Shown: positions 6,997 to 9,526 of the stretch, in pieces
How positions within the stretch are numbered: position 1 is the stretch's first letter
Layout: the number at the start of each line of letters is the position of its first letter
The notes under the pieces: generated by a model
The model's database searches: none
What the model was told of the DNA's origin: nothing
The model's input: the letters and a program-made list of their open reading frames with translations, nothing else
Made by a program: the position numbers and the translations under genes
DNA from: Octopus sinensis
Lineage: Eukaryota
DNA length: 9,526 bases
Reading direction: 5' to 3'
Assembly: GCF_006345805.1 (NCBI RefSeq)
Contig: NW_021828018.1
Coordinates: forward strand, 1-9,526

Positions 6997-7726
6997 TTTA
7001 GCCCCATATCTCCCTGTATCGACTGTAAATATAATCTTTCGGTATCGTGTTCTGGGTTGTCTATCCTAAATGTAGCCATTATTTCCCTTTATTGCTGTTG
7101 GAGCCAACTCCTCCACCATGTTTTTCGTCAGTGATTTTTATTTTTAAATTTTGAATATCGGAACAGTAAGCCATTTTACTTCTTTCAGCTTTGCTCGTTT
7201 CGCTCCTGTTTTATTCTCTATTTCCAAAACTTCCAATGTAGTGGCTTTCTCAAATTCCATTACCTTAATTCGCAATACTCCGTACTAACTATAATCTCAT
7301 TAGTCTTCTAGTTTTCTCTTTGTCTACTTTTATTAATTTAACGTAGCCCTCACATGAGAATATTAAAACTGAAGCATATTACCGTTCCAGCTAGAGTGTC
7401 GATACCTATTAACTTACTTTTACGCTTTGCTCTGTTTCAAGTATTAATCTAATGCGTCTCTATTGTCTTTTCCAATCCTTTTCTATCGTTGGTTCGTGTT
7501 GCATTCTGCCTCTTTTACTAATTCCTATGTATTTGTAAGTCTGAATTACACCTAATTACCCGTTTCTTTATTTAACATGACATAAGTTTTCTTAATTATT
7601 TTTTCCTCTTTCTTAATCACATTCCCTCAAATTTTCTTACACGAATCTTATGACAGTTATTCTATGTATTTTTTCGAGCTTGTCTGCTGTTGTCATGCTG
7701 GGGGAAAGTCAAGAATAAATGAGATG
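6997..7726 (-). mobile_element. Heavily decayed R4/Dong-type non-LTR retrotransposon, C-terminal RT region
   Basis: Minus-strand pieces in order: HLIY with a destroyed YxDD (7726-7715); IKKEEKIIKKTYVMLNKET; QTYKYIGI (YKYIGI 7537-7520); RRIRLILETE; KLIGIDTLA; KTRRLM; and later IMATFRIDNPEHDTERLYLQSIQGDMGLK (ERLYL 7040-7026). These match the R4/Dong motifs YKYLGI ... NK..AINT.A ... KTRK.M ... HP..D..RLY..R..GGRGL as I recall them. Confidence 0.65.
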
Positions 7727-7811
7727 AGCTTTAACCAGTTGTCTAACCCGAATCGATAACTTGGAAAGCAACTTGGCTGGCTGTTAAATCAACAACGCTG
7801 ATAAATAAATT

Positions 7812-8038
7812 CACATACACACATACATACATACATACATACATACATGCATATATACATACATACATACATACATACATACATACATACATACATGCAT
7901 ACATACATGCATACATACATACATACATACATGCATGCATGCGGCATGCATACCACACATACATACATGCATACATACATACATACCGGCATGCATGCAT
8001 GCATATATACTACATACATATATGCATCTGCATACACA

Positions 8039-8069
<31 letters not shown>

Positions 8070-8321
8070 GCATGCATGCCACATACACATACATACAACA
8101 TACATGCATACATACATACATCATACATACATACATACACATACATGCATACATACATGCATACATACATGCATACATACATACATACATACATACATAC
8201 ATGCATGCATGCATGCATGCATACACACACATACATACATGCATACATACATACATACATGCATGCATGCATGCATATATACATACATACATATATGCAT
8301 GCATGCATACACATACATACA

Positions 8322-8354
<33 letters not shown>

Positions 8355-8433
8355 GCATGCATGCATACACATACATACATACATACATACATACATACAT
8401 ACATACATACATACATACATACATACATACACA
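7812..8433. repeat. (CATA)n array with (CATG)n blocks
   Basis: Directly visible, about 620 bp. Confidence 0.97.
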
Positions 8434-9296
8434 TGATGAAAGGCGCTTATATGAGCAGAAGACTATTCATGTTAGTAGAAATTTCCGAGATGATAGTAAC
8501 ATTCATCATCAAAGCAGTTTATCCTGGACCACTAGCGAAGTTACTGCTTGCCACTTTGAAGGGTATGCGTATGCAATCCAGGAACAGGAAATATCAACCA
8601 AGTACCTGATGAACAATAGGGATAGAGATGTACAAAAAACAGTAAAATGTGACAACCGACGCAGACTTTGAGAAGTTAACACCGAAGATCACACATATCA
8701 TAAACAGGTGTCCGAAAATGCCATCACGAGGACATTCTGTAATGAAATCCGTCGGAAGGATAACCCTGAGGTCAAAGAAATAAGAACCCACAGTAAGGTA
8801 GAAGCCATAGCCACTCATAATAAAAAGGAATACTGGTAGACAGTCCCAGTGAAGACTTCAATAAAATGTAAGCACAAGAAGCCTGATATAGTAATTTGGG
8901 ATAGGGAAGAGAAACTGTGTAAAGTTGTGGAAATTAGCTGCCCAGCGGATATTAGCATATAGCTGAAGATCAGTGAAAAAGAGAATACCTACGCTGAACT
9001 ATTCAGAAATCTGCACTTACTCTATCCAGAGGTTTATACCTGTAATTATTGGGACCCTGGGATAGTTAACACACTGCCTAAATACCAAATTTCAGAAATT
9101 AAGCTTCTCAAAGCCAGAAAGGAGAAAGTTAATTCGAAGACTACAGATCCAATCTATCAGTGGAACTGTAAACATCTGTAAAACGTTCTAACAGTTTATC
9201 ATTTAGATATATATGAGCATGACTAGATATGTAACTATATGCTTGAGAATACATGCATAAAGCAAAACATACATATCTACACACGTACATACGTAC
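8432..9296 (+). mobile_element. 5'-truncated R4/Dong-type non-LTR retrotransposon: CCHC knuckle, restriction-like endonuclease and start of the 3' UTR (pseudogenised)
   Basis: Translation across frameshifts: SWTTSEVTACHFEGYAYAIQEQEISTKYL; CDNRRRL* (CRLC mutated, 8660-8671); THIINRCPKM; EYW*TVPVKTSIKCKHKKPDIVIWDREEKLCKVVEISCPAD (KPDIVIWD 8879-8902, VVEISCP 8924-8944); EKENTYAEL; FIPVIIGTLG; KLIRRLQIQSISGTVNICKTF*QFII* (last stop 9204-9206). The PD-(D/E)xK RLE signature is clear. Confidence 0.9.
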
Positions 9297-9526
9297 GTGA
9301 CTGTGTGGTAACTAGTTCGGTTACCAACCACATGGTTTTGGGTTCAGTCCCACTGCATGGCACCTTGGTTAAGTCTCTTCTACTATAGCCTTGGGCCGAC
9401 CAAAGCCTTGTGAGTGGATTTGGTAGACGGAAACTAAAAGAAGCCCGTATATATCCATATACGTGTGTGTTTGTGTCTCTGTGTTTGTTCCCCCAACATC
9501 GCTTGACAACCGATAGTTGTGCGTCT
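9297..9526 (+). mobile_element. tRNA-derived SINE, cut by the window end
   Basis: TGACTGTGTGG (A-box-like), GGGTTCAGTCC (B-box-like), central domain CCTTGTGAGTGGATTTGGTAGACGGAAACT, internal (TA)/(TG) tract, then CAACATCGCTTGACAACCGAT. It is the reverse-complement match of 3880-4126. Confidence 0.93.

Noticed and set aside
7743-8434. Long ORFs of 200-274 aa over the CATA array
   Set aside because: Microsatellite artefacts. Only the last about 80 aa of ORF 7847-8671 are real, and they belong to the R4/Dong remnant.
8606-8612. CTGATGA hammerhead-like heptamer
   Set aside because: It lies inside the R4 coding sequence (YLMN), with no hairpin plus GAAA downstream.
1-9526. CRISPR array, tRNA or rRNA genes
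   Set aside because: There is no repeat-spacer structure. The tRNA-like segments are SINE heads with A/B boxes but no complete cloverleaf.

Overview
This is AT-rich eukaryotic DNA, intergenic or deep intronic, made almost entirely of microsatellites and decayed retroelements. It most resembles an octopus (cephalopod) genome. That call is an inference from the tRNA-derived SINE family, which I recognise from memory, and from the dense (TATC)n/(CATA)n/(TA)n arrays. I find no intact host gene, and most ORFs in the track are microsatellite artefacts. Manual translation across frameshifts gave four retroelement remnants: a Neptune-type Penelope-like element (RT thumb/linker, Cys-rich linker, GIY-YIG; 72-813, minus), an R4/Dong-type RT remnant (6997-7726, minus), an R4/Dong CCHC plus restriction-like endonuclease remnant (8432-9206, plus) and a short RTE-like piece. 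There are also six fragments of one SINE family. The most interesting signal is four hammerhead-ribozyme-like cores that no ORF explains. One is a minimal core with all catalytic nucleotides (6746-6780, plus). One is a complete type I core with an unusually long stem II (4243-4317, minus). Two are decayed copies (3484-3515 and 5889-5915, minus). Two of the four lie in homologous short non-coding elements that end in TA-rich microsatellites, which suggests a ribozyme-bearing, non-autonomous Penelope-related family.
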